The notes beneath the pieces were generated by a model, which was given only the letters and a program-made list of their open reading frames with translations, was not told where the DNA came from and made no database searches. The translations under genes were made by a program, and so were the position numbers. This document shows, piece by piece, positions 12,900-24,749 of a DNA stretch of 64,000 bases (positions are counted from its first letter, which is position 1; each line of letters starts with the position of its first letter). The DNA lies in the NCBI GenBank assembly GCA_036172245.1, contig JAYWIR010000007.1, positions 1,922,001 through 1,986,000 of the forward strand, given 5' to 3'. This DNA comes from Raillietiella orientalis (taxonomy: Eukaryota).

Positions 12900-13830
12900 A
12901 AAAACGCAAGAACTGAAAGAACTCTTTTCCTAATGTATATAGTTTCAAAGTTCTTAAATAGTTGAAGTTTCCCCTTAAGCAGTTTGGATGTTCCTCGAAA
13001 GAGTTCTTCGAAAGCTATGCTCCAAACTTCACCACCATCATCATCTCTCGAAAAATCCTTGTGATTAGAATGGCTCTTGTGTACATGGGAGTTTCGGAGA
13101 GAAAAACTGAATTCTTGCTTGAAAACAAAGGTATAAGCAAGTGCTCACAGCTGAATTGTGCCGTAGCTTTTTTTCCTAGTAGGCTTGCTTCAGAAAGGAA
13201 TCTCCTCGACTCATGCTCATATCGGAATGAGCATCGCCACTCAACGTCTGGATGTTTACAACAGGGAATTCAAATACTTTCTTACAGAACAGCAGTAGTG
13301 TCAAGTGGACTGACTACTGAAATATGTGGATCCTGAGATACAGAAATCCCGTTGCGAACGCTTACCTCTGAAAGGAAAAGAGATGCTCCTTGGGTAGGAC
13401 TCGTCTAAATCTACAAAGGCATTTTTCCATTCCCGAACAAAAAAGCCTTACAAAGCCCAAATTTCAGTTACCAGTTCCCTTTAGTCAAAAAAGATGGGAG
13501 AAAATACGGAAATTCTGTGCTGCAAGTTGCCAATGAGAAAAGAGCCTGGGTGAGAGGTTCTCACTGCCAGAATACAATAAAGGCATCGAGAGAAAGGAGC
13601 AAATCTCCACACCCAGGAATGGAAACGTGCCATGTCGTCGAGTTCCCAACTCTACTCAAATAGCATGAAAGACTGAGATGTAATACTGCTTTTGGTTGAT
13701 AGGGGTGCAAGGAGATTCGCCCAAAACAGAAACCCATACAGGAAGCAATTTTTCGTGGGAGGGCTGGCCAAATCTTGGACCGGGAAGAATCGATACGTAA
13801 AGGTTCCTTTGATTTGACTTTGCACACATG
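12900..13830 (+). mobile_element. Decayed DIRS-type gag / start of RT
   Basis: SIATQRLD...DPEIQKSRCERLPLKGKEMLLG (~SVAxRR...SKxRL..LPFxG..LFG), followed by VGGLAKSW (~VGGRL..FW). In-frame stops. Confidence 0.4.
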
Positions 13831-14549
13831 CTAAAAATGTTCGCGGAATTCAATAACTTCACTCATCCCGGCATCCCACAGGAGTCTCGCTGACTCGCTT
13901 GTCGTTCATCTTGACCGGAATGTCTTCAGTGCATGTCCTGGCTGTGCTGGATCTTGGTGCTATGACCATCCTCTTCAGTGTTTTCTACTTGTGCTGAGGG
14001 CGATCTTGAGTTCTCCGACTACCCTGCCGTTCTTCAGATCCCATCATCATTCAACACCCATGGCGGCAGCCCATGGGTCCTACAATCTCTGCTCTCACAG
14101 AACCCGGTACTCCCTCTGTCGGCTCCCGGCACTTTCCCTTGCCTTCCTCTCCTTTTCCACTGTCGCATCTCCGACTTCTCACATGGGCAGGCAACGTCGG
14201 GTCTGGTGACTGAGTCCTCATCCGGAGGCACCAGGTCCTGGAGGAAGAGCTCCAAGTCATCTTCCGGGACCCACTGGCAGGTTTGAGGCCACCAGCTCTT
14301 ATGCCCCTTGCGTCGCTTCCTCTACCAAGTTCGGCCAGATGTCCGCGTCTCTTCGTCATGAAGTTGGGATTCCCGCGCGCAACTACTGAGGATGTGAACT
14401 GGTGATCATTGGTGGCCACACCGAGCACCGTCCGCTGCGCTCCTGGTGGGCGCCCCAATTGAGTCGAGCAGCAGGTATGAAGTTGCAGCCGGACAGCTCC
14501 AGGTGTTTCCTGTTGTAGCCAAAGGCTGCAGGGTGTTGTTCAACGCAGG

Positions 14550-15460
14550 GCAAGGCTGTCCCTCGATCCGAGCGCTGGAAAGGAGCAGCGAGAAACGAAA
14601 AAAACCAGAAAAATGGCTGGTTCTTGCGCCGTTTGCGCGGGAGTGGGGAGTGCAAAGAACAAAAGTCACAGGAGTCCTCTGCATCCTGTCAAGGATGCGG
14701 ACGAGTTCATCCTTGCGCCCCACCAGACACGGCCACCGCGTTGCGACCCTCAAGAGGGAAACGACGGCCGGGATGGCACCTCTGCCATTCCGGACCCTTT
14801 TCGGCATCGGTTCCTGCCACCAGGGAAGCAGAAGAGCTGCGATCACCGCGGCATTCCTCCTCCGCACGAAGAGGAACCTCACGAAAGGTGTCCTCCGGGT
14901 GCTGGAAGGCCGTGGCGAACCGCCGCCGCCAGGTACCCCGGAGGGTAGCACATCCCACCGTCCGGAGCGGGACGGGTTTCGCCTCGCTGCACCCTGGCGT
15001 ATCTCCGAGACCTCCCTCCCGGGTCCACGGCGTCAGTTGACCCTTGACCTCCCCGCCGGGTTGGCTGCCCTCCTTCCTTCCTCTAGGCAAAGAAGGTGAA
15101 GATCCCTCCAAGGGAGCGGAGGGGACACTTGTGGTCCTGATTCATCTCGGAGAAGACGATTCACATCTCCTCGGACACCCGGGTGTCCCGACTTCCATGA
15201 ACTGAAGCTGGAAGGGTGGCAGGACATCCATTGTTTGTTCCCCAGCAGCGAGACCACATGTCTCGCCGGGGGACTTCACTCTGCAGTGACTGAGAGGCGG
15301 TGGGGACGGCAGCAGTCCCTGGTAGCCGACCTCACGCCCGAGGATCCGGAGTGCCCGGAGACATCCAGGTTGAGTCCGCAGCCTGGCCGCTGGGACCGCT
15401 GGTCGCAGCTGCGGACCGAACTCCACTTCCGCACATGCGCGTACCAAGTTTGGAGATTCG
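14550..15460 (-). mobile_element. L1/Tx1-like non-LTR 3' fragment, copy A (decayed)
   Basis: PWTREG..TPGCSEAK...GCATLRGTWRRRF, FVRFLFVR..AAVIAAL and TRWPCL...ELVRILDRMQR are homologous to copies B and E. Confidence 0.55.
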
Positions 15461-15464
15461 GCGT

Positions 15465-16900
15465 TGCCACCCGGGTGCGCCGGGGCGTTTATTATGAAAA
15501 AAACTCTACAATCGTGGTATAAGGCCCCACTAACGGCCACACAACACCGGACCTGTCTTTAGGTGCTGTCGTTGCAACCGTGTGTTGCACCCGCGCCATC
15601 GACAAGGCCCACCGATAGTTGGAGAAGCTGGCCATCCTTCGTCAGCCCACCGGATTAGCCAGTGCAAGCATGTTGTCGGCTGCCGAGTGGGCCCACCTAC
15701 CAGAGAGCATGAGGAGAGAGATCGCCGGCATCCATCGCCGGTTCTGAAAGGAAGGAGCGGCCGAACCAAAGACCCCTGTCCCCTGCCCTCCATATTTGTA
15801 TTTGTATTTTTTATAGTAGTGTATTTGTGGTCCCCCTCCTCCCGTTCCGGACTTTCGGCATACCGACCTGCGTGTCGGGGATCCCACCCCCTTCGTCTCT
15901 TGTTTTTCCTTTGTCCAGGAACTCTGTTCCCGGATAGTTTTTAATAAACGCCCCGGCGCACCCGGGTGATAAACAACACCGGACCTGTCGGGACACCGGG
16001 ACGCAGCCCGGCGTGACTCTCCTCAGCAGTGGGAGAGGACGGGGAAAAAAACAAAAATAAAAATAAAAAACATAAACATAACAAAAAAAAAAAAAAGTTG
16101 GAGGGTCGGGAAGGGATCACTAATCACTGGGAGGAGGGCCCATCCTTCGAAGGAAGCCCTCGAGGTCCATCAGCATATTTCCCAGTAGGAGCCATCGGGC
16201 AGCTCTCTGTATGAAGCGCAGTGCATGCTGGACGACGTCCCTCTCGTTCCAATCTTGGTCTTCGTCGTCGGCATCGCTCCAGGCCGCCACGATGCCTCGG
16301 ACGCAGCAGAGTGCTGCGAGGGCTGCGGCGGGCTGCAAGGCGTCCCGCACGAAGATAAGGCGGAAAACGTCTCTGGGCTCGCTGCCCACCGGAGGCCCGA
16401 GGGTCGTACCAAAACGTTCCCAAAGGGATCGTAGGGCAGCACAATCAACGATGAGGTGGGGAAGCGATTCCCGCTCCCCGCACCCGGCGCACTCAGGACT
16501 CACAGCTCCCCTTGTCCAGTGGAAGCTGCGTGCGTTGCAGGGTAAACCCCAGTGCAAGAGTAGCAACGCCGACTCTTGCCACTTAAGCAGCTCGCCCCAT
16601 CTCTTTAATCCTCTCGGCTGGACGCTCGGGGTCGTGGCATCCGCCAGTTCTCCCATGGTCCAGCCGCTCGTCAACTTCTCCCTGCCTGCGATTCGGCAGG
16701 AGACTTGCCACCTAGGCGTCCAGCTTCAGTGAAGCGCCTTCCTTCGCCTTCTTCGCCTTGGAGATTCGGCGTGGGGACAGCAAGTCTTTCAAGGGGGACC
16801 CTGGATCTCCACGAGTTCCACAGTTTCCATAGCCAAGGTGGTCTTCGCGGCTTGCACGTTGGTCTCCGGTAGGCGCAGGGGCCAAGAAAAAGCGTAGGTC
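15465..16900 (-). mobile_element. L1/Tx1-like non-LTR 3' fragment, copy B (zf-RVT), interrupted by copy C
   Basis: LLHWGLPCNAR...CAGCGERESLPHLIVDC is the CCHC zinc knuckle (zf-RVT) of L1-clade ORF2. T-rich 3'UTR; ends AATAAACGCCCCGGCGCACCCGGGTG at 15493-15468. Confidence 0.8.
15558..15972 (+). mobile_element. 5'-truncated L1/Tx1-like copy C with 17-bp TSD
   Basis: Flanked by the exact direct repeat ACAACACCGGACCTGTC (15541-15557 and 15973-15989). Encodes remnant VATVCCTRAI...EWAHLPESMRREIAGI and carries the same terminal motif at 15943-15968. Confidence 0.85.
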
Positions 16901-17319
16901 GTAGGAGACTGAGTGTGCTGCCAGCGAAGGAAGGAACGGGGGAAGAGGATGACCTCAGCCCACTCGCGATGACCTTCACCTCCTCCTCCAGAAATGCGAA
17001 GCCACGAGAAGTGGCGTTCCCGGCCTCCTCAGCAGCGGTGACCTCCCGACGCTCCTTCTTCGGGAGCGAGCAGCGCAGCAGCGGAGAGTGGGTGCTTCGG
17101 CAGATGACGCTTCCAGTGGGCAGCTGCTACGGCGTGTTGCGTCACGGAGGAAGCCCGGAGACACGTCTCCTCCGTCAGACTCCATCTCGATTCGAAGGGG
17201 GAGGGCCGAAAGTCTAGAGAAAGGAATGCCGACTGCAACGCGCCGGCCATGCGAGAGCTGCCGAGGGATGCGGGGATGTTCCGGAGGATCCTCCGGAACT
17301 TGAAAACTTGGAAGCTCTT

Positions 17320-17830
17320 CCACCCGGCCGCGCCAGGACGTTCCTTTCTTCACAGGAAACCGACGCAGCAGGAACTCGGTTCCTGCCAGGGGCACAAAAG
17401 AAAAGAGAGAGAAGCTCACGAGGCAAGGATCGCCGATTTGCAGGCCGGCTGTGTCCCTAAACGCGGGACGGAAAGAGGGGACAAGAGATAAATAAAAGAG
17501 GGGATCCTTGGTATGGTTGATCCTAGCCCTTCACAATCTTCTCGAGATGCCGTTGGTTTCCCGAAAGGCTTCTGACACCAGGCGAAGCCGCATCGTCGCG
17601 TCCTCCATCGGTGAGGCTCCTATGCGGATGGCTTCCCTCTACCGCTGCTCCAACTCCGGGGCGGTGACGGCGTCGCCTCGCACGCCGCGGCATGGCGTCG
17701 TCGTGATGACGGCGGCATTTTAGAGTCCACTTCGCACACAAGTCTGCTGGGACGGCTTCTGGACTCAGCAGCTGCCGGAGGTCTCAGGGCAGTCCAGCAG
17801 CAGGTGCGCAAACGATCCTATCTGAAATAG
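17320..17830 (-). mobile_element. L1/Tx1-like 3' fragment, copy D (decayed)
   Basis: SFAHLLLDCPET zinc-knuckle end. Its 3'UTR shares GGCCTGCAAATCGGCGA-like sequence with copy E and has a degenerate terminus ACGTCCTGGCGCGGCCGGGTG. Confidence 0.6.
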
Positions 17831-17949
17831 GTGTCGCCGCTCATCGCAGGGGATTGCCCGGTGCAGAAACAGTGCAGAAACAGGTTGCATCACCTCTTGC
17901 TGTCATTTGGGGAGGGTGGAGTTGGAAACCCAGGATGAACACACCACGC

Positions 17950-18480
17950 GGGGTTTTCCACCCGGGTCTCCGGTTGTGGGCACACAGAGAGTTACCCAAC
18001 GGTAATGGCGCACACATCTCTTTGCAAGACGGATCCTGACCGCCGTGCGCACTCATAGCGCACTCACACTGAACGCACGCAAACGTGAGTTCAAGTTTCG
18101 AGAAACCTTTCGTTCCCCTTTAAGCCAAAATTGCTAGCGGAATGTCAGGTGACCAGAGAATTCGGAGACGACCGTCTCGAAATTCCTTGAATCGTCTCGC
18201 GCGCGTCGCCACCCAGGATCAGATGGCAACACTGCTTCGCGACAACGTGAGCGCGCCATGTTTCTTTCTGATGATACGATCATCGCTGCGCAGGTGGACT
18301 TCGGGGCAGAAGTTCGCACGTTTCCAATGCTGTCGAGTTCTCGAGTGGACAAAACTCGGATGTTTAATTGGGAATTTGGCTGCGCCCATGTTGGCACACC
18401 CTTTCTCTGTGTACGGGAGGTGGCCGGCGTAATGCCGAGTTGGAGCGTATGAGCGGCGGCGGTTGTGTCGCTTTCATACA
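17950..18480 (-). mobile_element. Decayed hAT transposase relic
   Basis: AAHTLQLGI (~CxAHTLQLAV), followed by NVRTSAPKST..AMI (~DVxTRWNST..M) and ETVVSEFSG. Confidence 0.45.
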
Positions 18481-20399
18481 CGAGATAGCAGCAGCTCCTC
18501 TGCGTAGTTTCACGCAGTCACCTACCTGCCTTTTGTCAAAAAAAATGAAAAGGAAAAAAAAAAAAGGGTGGGGAGGGGACCTCGGAGCAGCACTGTTTTC
18601 ATCACGTGGAAACTACGGTTTATCAAGGTTTTCAGGGGGGAAACAGATTTCTGCATTACCCCAGAATAAACAGAGCTCAAAGGCGCGGGCCTCCGCTGAA
18701 CGAAGCCTCAAGAAAGCCCTACCCAAGTGCACGTGACAGTCGAATGCGCAACATCCTAGAACAGGTGGCCCTCGTGTCACCGCGAGTCTGTTTGCGTGCT
18801 CCCGCCTACGTGACCGGAATCTCGAAGGAGGCAGTCCTTTGTCCTACCTCCCTCTCTTTCTCCCTTATACGCTATCGAGGATCCTCGACAGCCTGTAGCT
18901 GGGGTGAGGAGATCCCTAGCGCCATCTCATGCCGGTGCGGCGCACTACCGCTGCCCGAGGACTTGAACTCGGCTCGCGGGCATGCGTCGCGCGCGTCTCG
19001 TTGCTTCGAACTAAGAGTGCCTTTTTCGCCTCCTCCTTTCTTGCCTTCCCCCCTGGGGAAAGCAAGGAGAGCGTTCACAACCGTCGCATTAGGACGTTCT
19101 GACGATCGGTTGACCTTTCGTGCCATCCGTCCGTCTTTCCTGGCTTCACACCTTCGGCGGGCAGCAGCATCCTTCTCCCTCATCACTTGCTGCGCCGGGT
19201 CCCCCGAGTGCGCGGTGCCCGTTCGCCTCTTCCTCCCGCCTCCCTCGCGCGAGCGCCGCCGGCCATCGGCAGGAAGCTGTTCGCTTTCTTCCCGCGAAAT
19301 ATTGCGCGCGCGTGGCTGCCTCCCCACTTCCACCAGCGCCACCTCGCCCTCACGGAACGTGCCCGGCTCGGGATGGGCGGGGGAGAAACGGTGCTCAGGC
19401 GAATGAGGCCGCCTGAGCCTCCTCTCGGCTCGTCGCACGAAAAGCTGCCCGGTGGCGCAGAGGAGGCAGACCGGCCGGGCGAGGGAGACTCATCACCCGG
19501 GGCAAAAGGGGGCAGGGGGTCGGTGAAGAGGGATGGCGGCGATCTTGCTTCCCTTCATCCTGGGAAATTTCCCCCTTCCTTTCTTCTCTTGCCGGTGCAA
19601 AGCACCTCGAAAGCGGAGAGAAGCTGTGAGCGAGCGGCTGATGCTGCTGCTGCGAAGGGGGAGGGACGGGAGGCTTCCCGTCTCGGCTTTCCCCGAAAGG
19701 GGAGGCCGTGGTAGGCTCGGTCCGCCTCCCTCGCGCTCCCCGACGAGAAAGGGAAAAATGAAAGGGGGGCTGCCTGTCGGTGGTCGGTCCCTTGGCGGTG
19801 GCAGCCCTCCCTCCCTGCACCTTCGTGGCTCACTGAGAGCGGGACCTAGCAGTTGTGCCAGAGCTAAGCTAACCGGGGGGGGGGGGGGGGGGATCCCGAG
19901 GAGGACGGGCGCGCACGGAGGGAAAACAGGAAGACCCGGACCTCCGCCATCCCTCGTCTTCGCGATTCTCCGAGATCTGGGCGGCAGGCTCGGTGAGTCT
20001 TCGTCCCTTCCCCTCCTTGACTGGCCCGCGGCTCCCTCTCCGGGAGGTTTCGTCCGCGGGTCCCTTTCCGCCGTGCTCCGCTGTGCCCTTTCTGCTCGCC
20101 CGCTCCCCTGCCCGCACCGTGCGGGGAAACTCGGAAGCGAGGAGGCCGCGCAGCTCGCGAGATGGCAGCACGCGCCGGACGGACGAGTGGAGGAGGCTAT
20201 GGCGGCGCGCGGCGGTAGCCGTTCCCCCTCCCTTCCTTAGCTCCTCCCTTTTCGGGACGGTGCTCCTCCCTTCTTTCTCCTTGGCAAAGGGCGTGCGGCA
20301 TCGGTGCGCCCGAGTCCTCTCTCCCCACCGCTGCTCCCTGAACGAACCTCCAGTGGCTCTTTCCGTACCCCTCTTCGCGCACCCACGCGCGCGACGCTT

Positions 20400-20900
20400 T
20401 CAGCGTTTTCCGGCGCTCGGGTGCCCACAGATCGAGGCGCCGCGGGACCTGGGCGACATCGGGAGAAAGGGGTGGCCCCTCGTGTCTGCGACCCTCCCCC
20501 CTGAACAACTTTCTCGGCGGAACGTAACGTCGCGCCTCCTCCTTTCCATGCTTTCGTGCTTTCAGGGAAGCACCCTATTCGGCGTCCCTAAAGCAGGCGT
20601 ACCGGTCAGAGGACCGACCCTCTTCTCCTGGAGGGCGCCTTTCCCTCCTTGCTGGCGGGGCGGGGAGCCGCTCCCTCGCCCCAAAACTTTCGGCGGCGGC
20701 TCCTGTGTTGTCTTTAGCGCCGCTACCGGGGCCACCGCAGCAACAGATCTCGCCTTTCAGGGCTCTTGGGGGTTCCTCGCGTGCCCTCCGCAGCAGTGTT
20801 TCCCGACCCCCATCCTCCGTACCGCGGACGGAGCTCCGGAGTGCCGGAAACACCAAAGGGGGCCACCGCCCCTCTCCCCCTCGTCTTCCCCCGCGGACCC
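20400..20900 (+). mobile_element. Possible GC-rich DIRS gag relic
   Basis: RRNVTSRLLLSMLSCFQGSTLFG resembles DIRS gag L.xLPFxGxxLFG. Weak evidence. Confidence 0.25.
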
Positions 20901-22768
20901 TCCGCCCTTGCCTTGGGCGGCAGCCATGAGCTCCAGGAGGAGGTGGGCACCCTCACGTTCCCCTCCCTTCCCTATTTCTTCTCCCTCCCTCCCCCCCGGT
21001 GGGAGGCACCACCGCTCGGGAAAAAAAAAAATAGGGGGGGGGGGGGGGAGTCTCTGCCCAGGGAGTCGAGCGGGCGGGAGCGCCTTCCTTCCAGACGCCG
21101 CGAGCTGCTGCGAGCCAGAAGGGCGCGCCTCTTGCCCTTCCAGAGGAATGCCCTCCCTCCCCTCCGTCTTTGCTGAGGGAGCGTCGGGCAAGTCGCCGTC
21201 CGACGCGCCATCTGTTTGGCGGCGGTGATGGCTGGATGGGTGGTGGTGGGGGAGTCTTGGCGAGGGGGGGGGATAGGGGATGCCTCCGGAAAAAGCCCTA
21301 GCTGTGCCGTGGGTGTTCCTACGGAAGGGCCTCCCAAGGCGCATCCGTCGCCTCTCAAGCGAATTTCTCTCGCGCGCCCACCGCCTCCGTGCCGCCAGTC
21401 CCGCGGGAAGGGTTCCCCCGTCCGAAAGTGCCGATCCCGCCAACACCCGGGGGGAATGTTCAGGGGTAGCTGACTCTTCTGCTCCTCTTCTCCGGGAGTA
21501 GCGTCGTCGTCGTTCCTTCCCGCCTCCGCCAGGGGAGAAGCAGCTCTCAGCGCCCCCCGGGGACCCTCTCACGGAAAAGAATTCGGGCGAGGAGGGAACG
21601 AGGGTGGTCTCCCCCTCCCCCCCGCGGACCGGAAAGAAGCTGAGGGTCGCCGCCTGCGCGGCGCTGCGGTCCCTGGAGAGCGCGTGGCGTGGCGGCGGCA
21701 GCGTCCCGTCCACGTGGAACGCGCGCGCTCCAGCCGCCGCCGGCCATTTTCGGTTCCGTCGGAAGCGAACGGTCCCGACGGACCGCTGCCGGCGCCGCAG
21801 CTCGCGGCGCGGGGGTCCCGGACGCCTCGGCGCGGGGGTCCCGTCCGCGTCGGAGCCTCGTCGACGGCGACTGGCAGTTTCCCCTCCTGGACCTCCGACA
21901 TCAAACCGCCTCCGCCTCCACTTTAGCCCAGCTCCGCGTCACCTGGGCCACCATCGGTCCGTATCCCCATAAGTTGCTTCAAAAATAACGGATGAAAAAA
22001 TGGGAAAAGGCAGATAAAAATCGAGAGCTTTGCAACTTCCGCTGCGCCAAAGCTCTCTCATCAAGATAGCGCGCGTGCTGTGCGGATGTCTTGTAATTGT
22101 CCGCGTGAGGTGGCAGCACTTCCACTTTCCCATCGCAGCAAACTCTCGTGTGATTTTATTTTGGTTTTATTTTTTATTCCCCTTCCGTTCCTCCCCCCTC
22201 CCCCCCCTCCTCCTCCTCCTCCTCCAACGAGCGCCACGATGAACCTTTATTTTTTAATCAGGAGAGAGCCGACGTTCCCGGCAGTATTTACCTTATCCTT
22301 TCACCAACTCCCTCTTCCTTCCAGGTGACTCGGCGTATCCCCCGTGACCAAGGGGAACGCCACCTTCCGATTTCACCTTCCGTTCTTCTTCTTCTTTTTC
22401 CTCTTCTGCTGCTGCTGCTGCTGCTGCTTTCTGCCGAAGGCCCGTACGAGCATCTTAATGAGACGCAGCGATCATTTCTCGATTTGGTTGCCATGGTTCC
22501 CTCCCCCTCTCCCCCCCCCCTCATCGCGCCGTCATTGTCATGGAGAATGACGTCACGACTGCAACTTTGAACTGCATCTATTCCGGACCTGATCTTTTAA
22601 CGCAGGGCGTCTCTCGAGATAACATTAAATAGCTCTATCGTATTTAAAGTGCAAAGATAGCTGCTCTTTAGATGCATTGCACTGCTTATTCATTTCCTGC
22701 TTTTTGAAGACTTATTAGGCATTTTAATTTCCAAACGTACAGGTAGGGGAGGGCGGGGGGGGGGCAGC

Positions 22769-22770
<2 letters not shown>

Positions 22771-22803
<33 letters not shown>
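22771..22803. repeat. (GA)n microsatellite, representative of many simple repeats
   Basis: Read directly. Similar (GGC)n at ~23441-23477, (CAG)n at ~47997-48020 and ~54548-54578, and A/T runs of roughly 20-30 nt throughout 41-61 kb. Confidence 0.9.
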
Positions 22804-22806
<3 letters not shown>

Positions 22807-23439
22807 GAAAAAGCAGCGGCAAAAAAAAAAAAGAAAAAAAAAAAAAGAGGAAAAGAAACAAAGAAAGAAAAGAAAAGAGAACAAAACACACGCGCGCGCG
22901 CGCTCTTGGAGATGGTTCACGAGATCTGAGATAAAGAATTAGATATTCACAGATACGTTGAATCTCATTATACTGAAAACGAGTATCACTGCTAATTGGT
23001 AGTCTGGAGAGAAGCTGCGTATGCCGAGGCGAGGCAGATACAGATTTCGATAAGTTAAGAGGAAAGCTTATTATCCTCCTTAATTTTCAAATAGTGGGTT
23101 CCCCCCCCCCCCCGCGTGTGCGTGTTGGTGTGCATCCGAGGCTGTTAACCCCCAGTGCTGCCTCCTCCGCCGCCTGCGGAACTGACAATAAACAAAAACA
23201 TAAAAACATTTGCCTGTCAGTGGACGAAAGATAAATAAAAAACGATGAGGCTGTGGGAAGACGCAGATCTTCACGTCGTCCCTCCAGCGTCACGCTGCTG
23301 CTGCTGCTGACCCGCGCGTGCTCGCAGGCAGAGCAGCAGTGGCACTTGGCGGCCCTCGAGGACGATGGGAGGGAGGTCGGGGCGGCCCAACGGAAGAATC
23401 CCTGCATGGGGGATTCCCCACTGCCGCCGCCGCTCGGCA

Positions 23440-23478
<39 letters not shown>

Positions 23479-24749
23479 TGCCCGGCGCGACCAGCGATCG
23501 AGCGCGCTGCGTCCCCCCCCCCCCCCACCCCCACCCCAAGGTTCCACCAGGAGCGGTCTGTCGATTCCCGGCGGACGGTTCGGATGCGACGGAAAGGAAA
23601 ATAAATAAATAAAAATAAATAAAAACGCGCTTCCGACTTCCGCCCGCTCGCATTGTTGGGGAATCTAAAAATACGCGCGGCGCGCCGGACGAAAAGGGGG
23701 CGGCGACCGCCTGCGGGTGGACGCAGACCGTCCCGGGCTGAGCGCCAACAATGCCCACTTCCGGAAGCCGCGCGCGGAGGCGCCGCCGCTGCGAAAGTTC
23801 GAGAAGGGGTGACGGCGCGCGCGGGCACACCTCAAAGAGGAGTGGGGGAGCCCCCCTTCCTGCTCCTCGAGGAGGCAGTGGCCCTCGGGGCAGAGGAAAG
23901 GAGAGGAGGAGGCGCGAGGCTGACCGAGCACGCCTGCCTGCCTCCTCCCTCCAGTCCCGTCCGGGCTCGCGCGCGCGCCCTGCGCGGCGGCGGCGGCGGC
24001 GACCCCCGCGCCGCGACGCGCCTGTTTGCGCACGGGTATCCGCCAGCCGCCTCCACCCCACTCGCCACCCGAAGCCACGCAGGTGCGTGCGTGCGCGCGC
24101 GCGTGCGGAGTCGCACTAGCAGAGCCGGATCGGATCGGAGAGCGCAGCGGCGGAACACGGGGTCGCCCGTGACTCGCAGCGAGCCGTCCTGTGGGCACGC
24201 GCGAGGGACGCCGCCGCTCGGACGGGCCCGCCCGCACTTTGAATGAGAATTCGTGGAGTCGTCCGTTACGGGACGCGCGATGCACCCCAGCTCTCGCTCT
24301 ACACCCCCCCCCCCCCCTCCGCCGCCGGTTTCCCTTTTCGCAGCTCCGCCGCCACCCGAGGCGCGCGTGCAGTGCTGCTGCCCGCCCGGCCCAGGGACAG
24401 GCCCGGCGCGGCACCTCGGGGCTTTCCGCATCCGCCGCCGGTTCAGACTTTTCGCGCTTCGCCGTCGTCGTCGTCGTGCCCGGCAGTGGCGGCAGCGCTC
24501 GAGCCCACGTGCGACCCCACGTGCCCCAGCCCGACTGCCCGCGCAGGAAGCGGATTCGATCGGATGGCCGCTAATCGGAGGATCGGGGAAGCCGCCGCTC
24601 CCAGGCAGACGCGGCTGCCGCGACGCCGAAGAGCACCGTCTCCCGAGCGAGGGACGCCGCGAGACATGCCGGCCATGGCAACGCCTGCCTGCCGCCGCGG
24701 CAAGGGCCCTCTCGCCTCCAGCCCTTTGGCCCGAGAACGCCCGCGGAAT

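Noticed and set aside
12400..13860. Endogenous viral element
   Set aside because: No viral hallmark motif was recognised. The readable motifs fit DIRS gag/RT better.
15173..15188. Perfect 16-bp palindrome GGACACCCGGGTGTCC
   Set aside because: Lies within a decayed retroelement. It shares the CACCCGGGTG core with the family terminus but lacks the AATAAA context, so no function can be supported.
19993..21228. 411-aa ORF and similar long ORFs (24243-25445, 29101-30264, 34321-35529, 35857-37014)
   Set aside because: Low-complexity Arg/Pro/Gly/Ala translations, overlapping in several frames, as expected from stop-poor GC-rich DNA. At most they contain scraps of dead transposons; no intact domain or gene structure.
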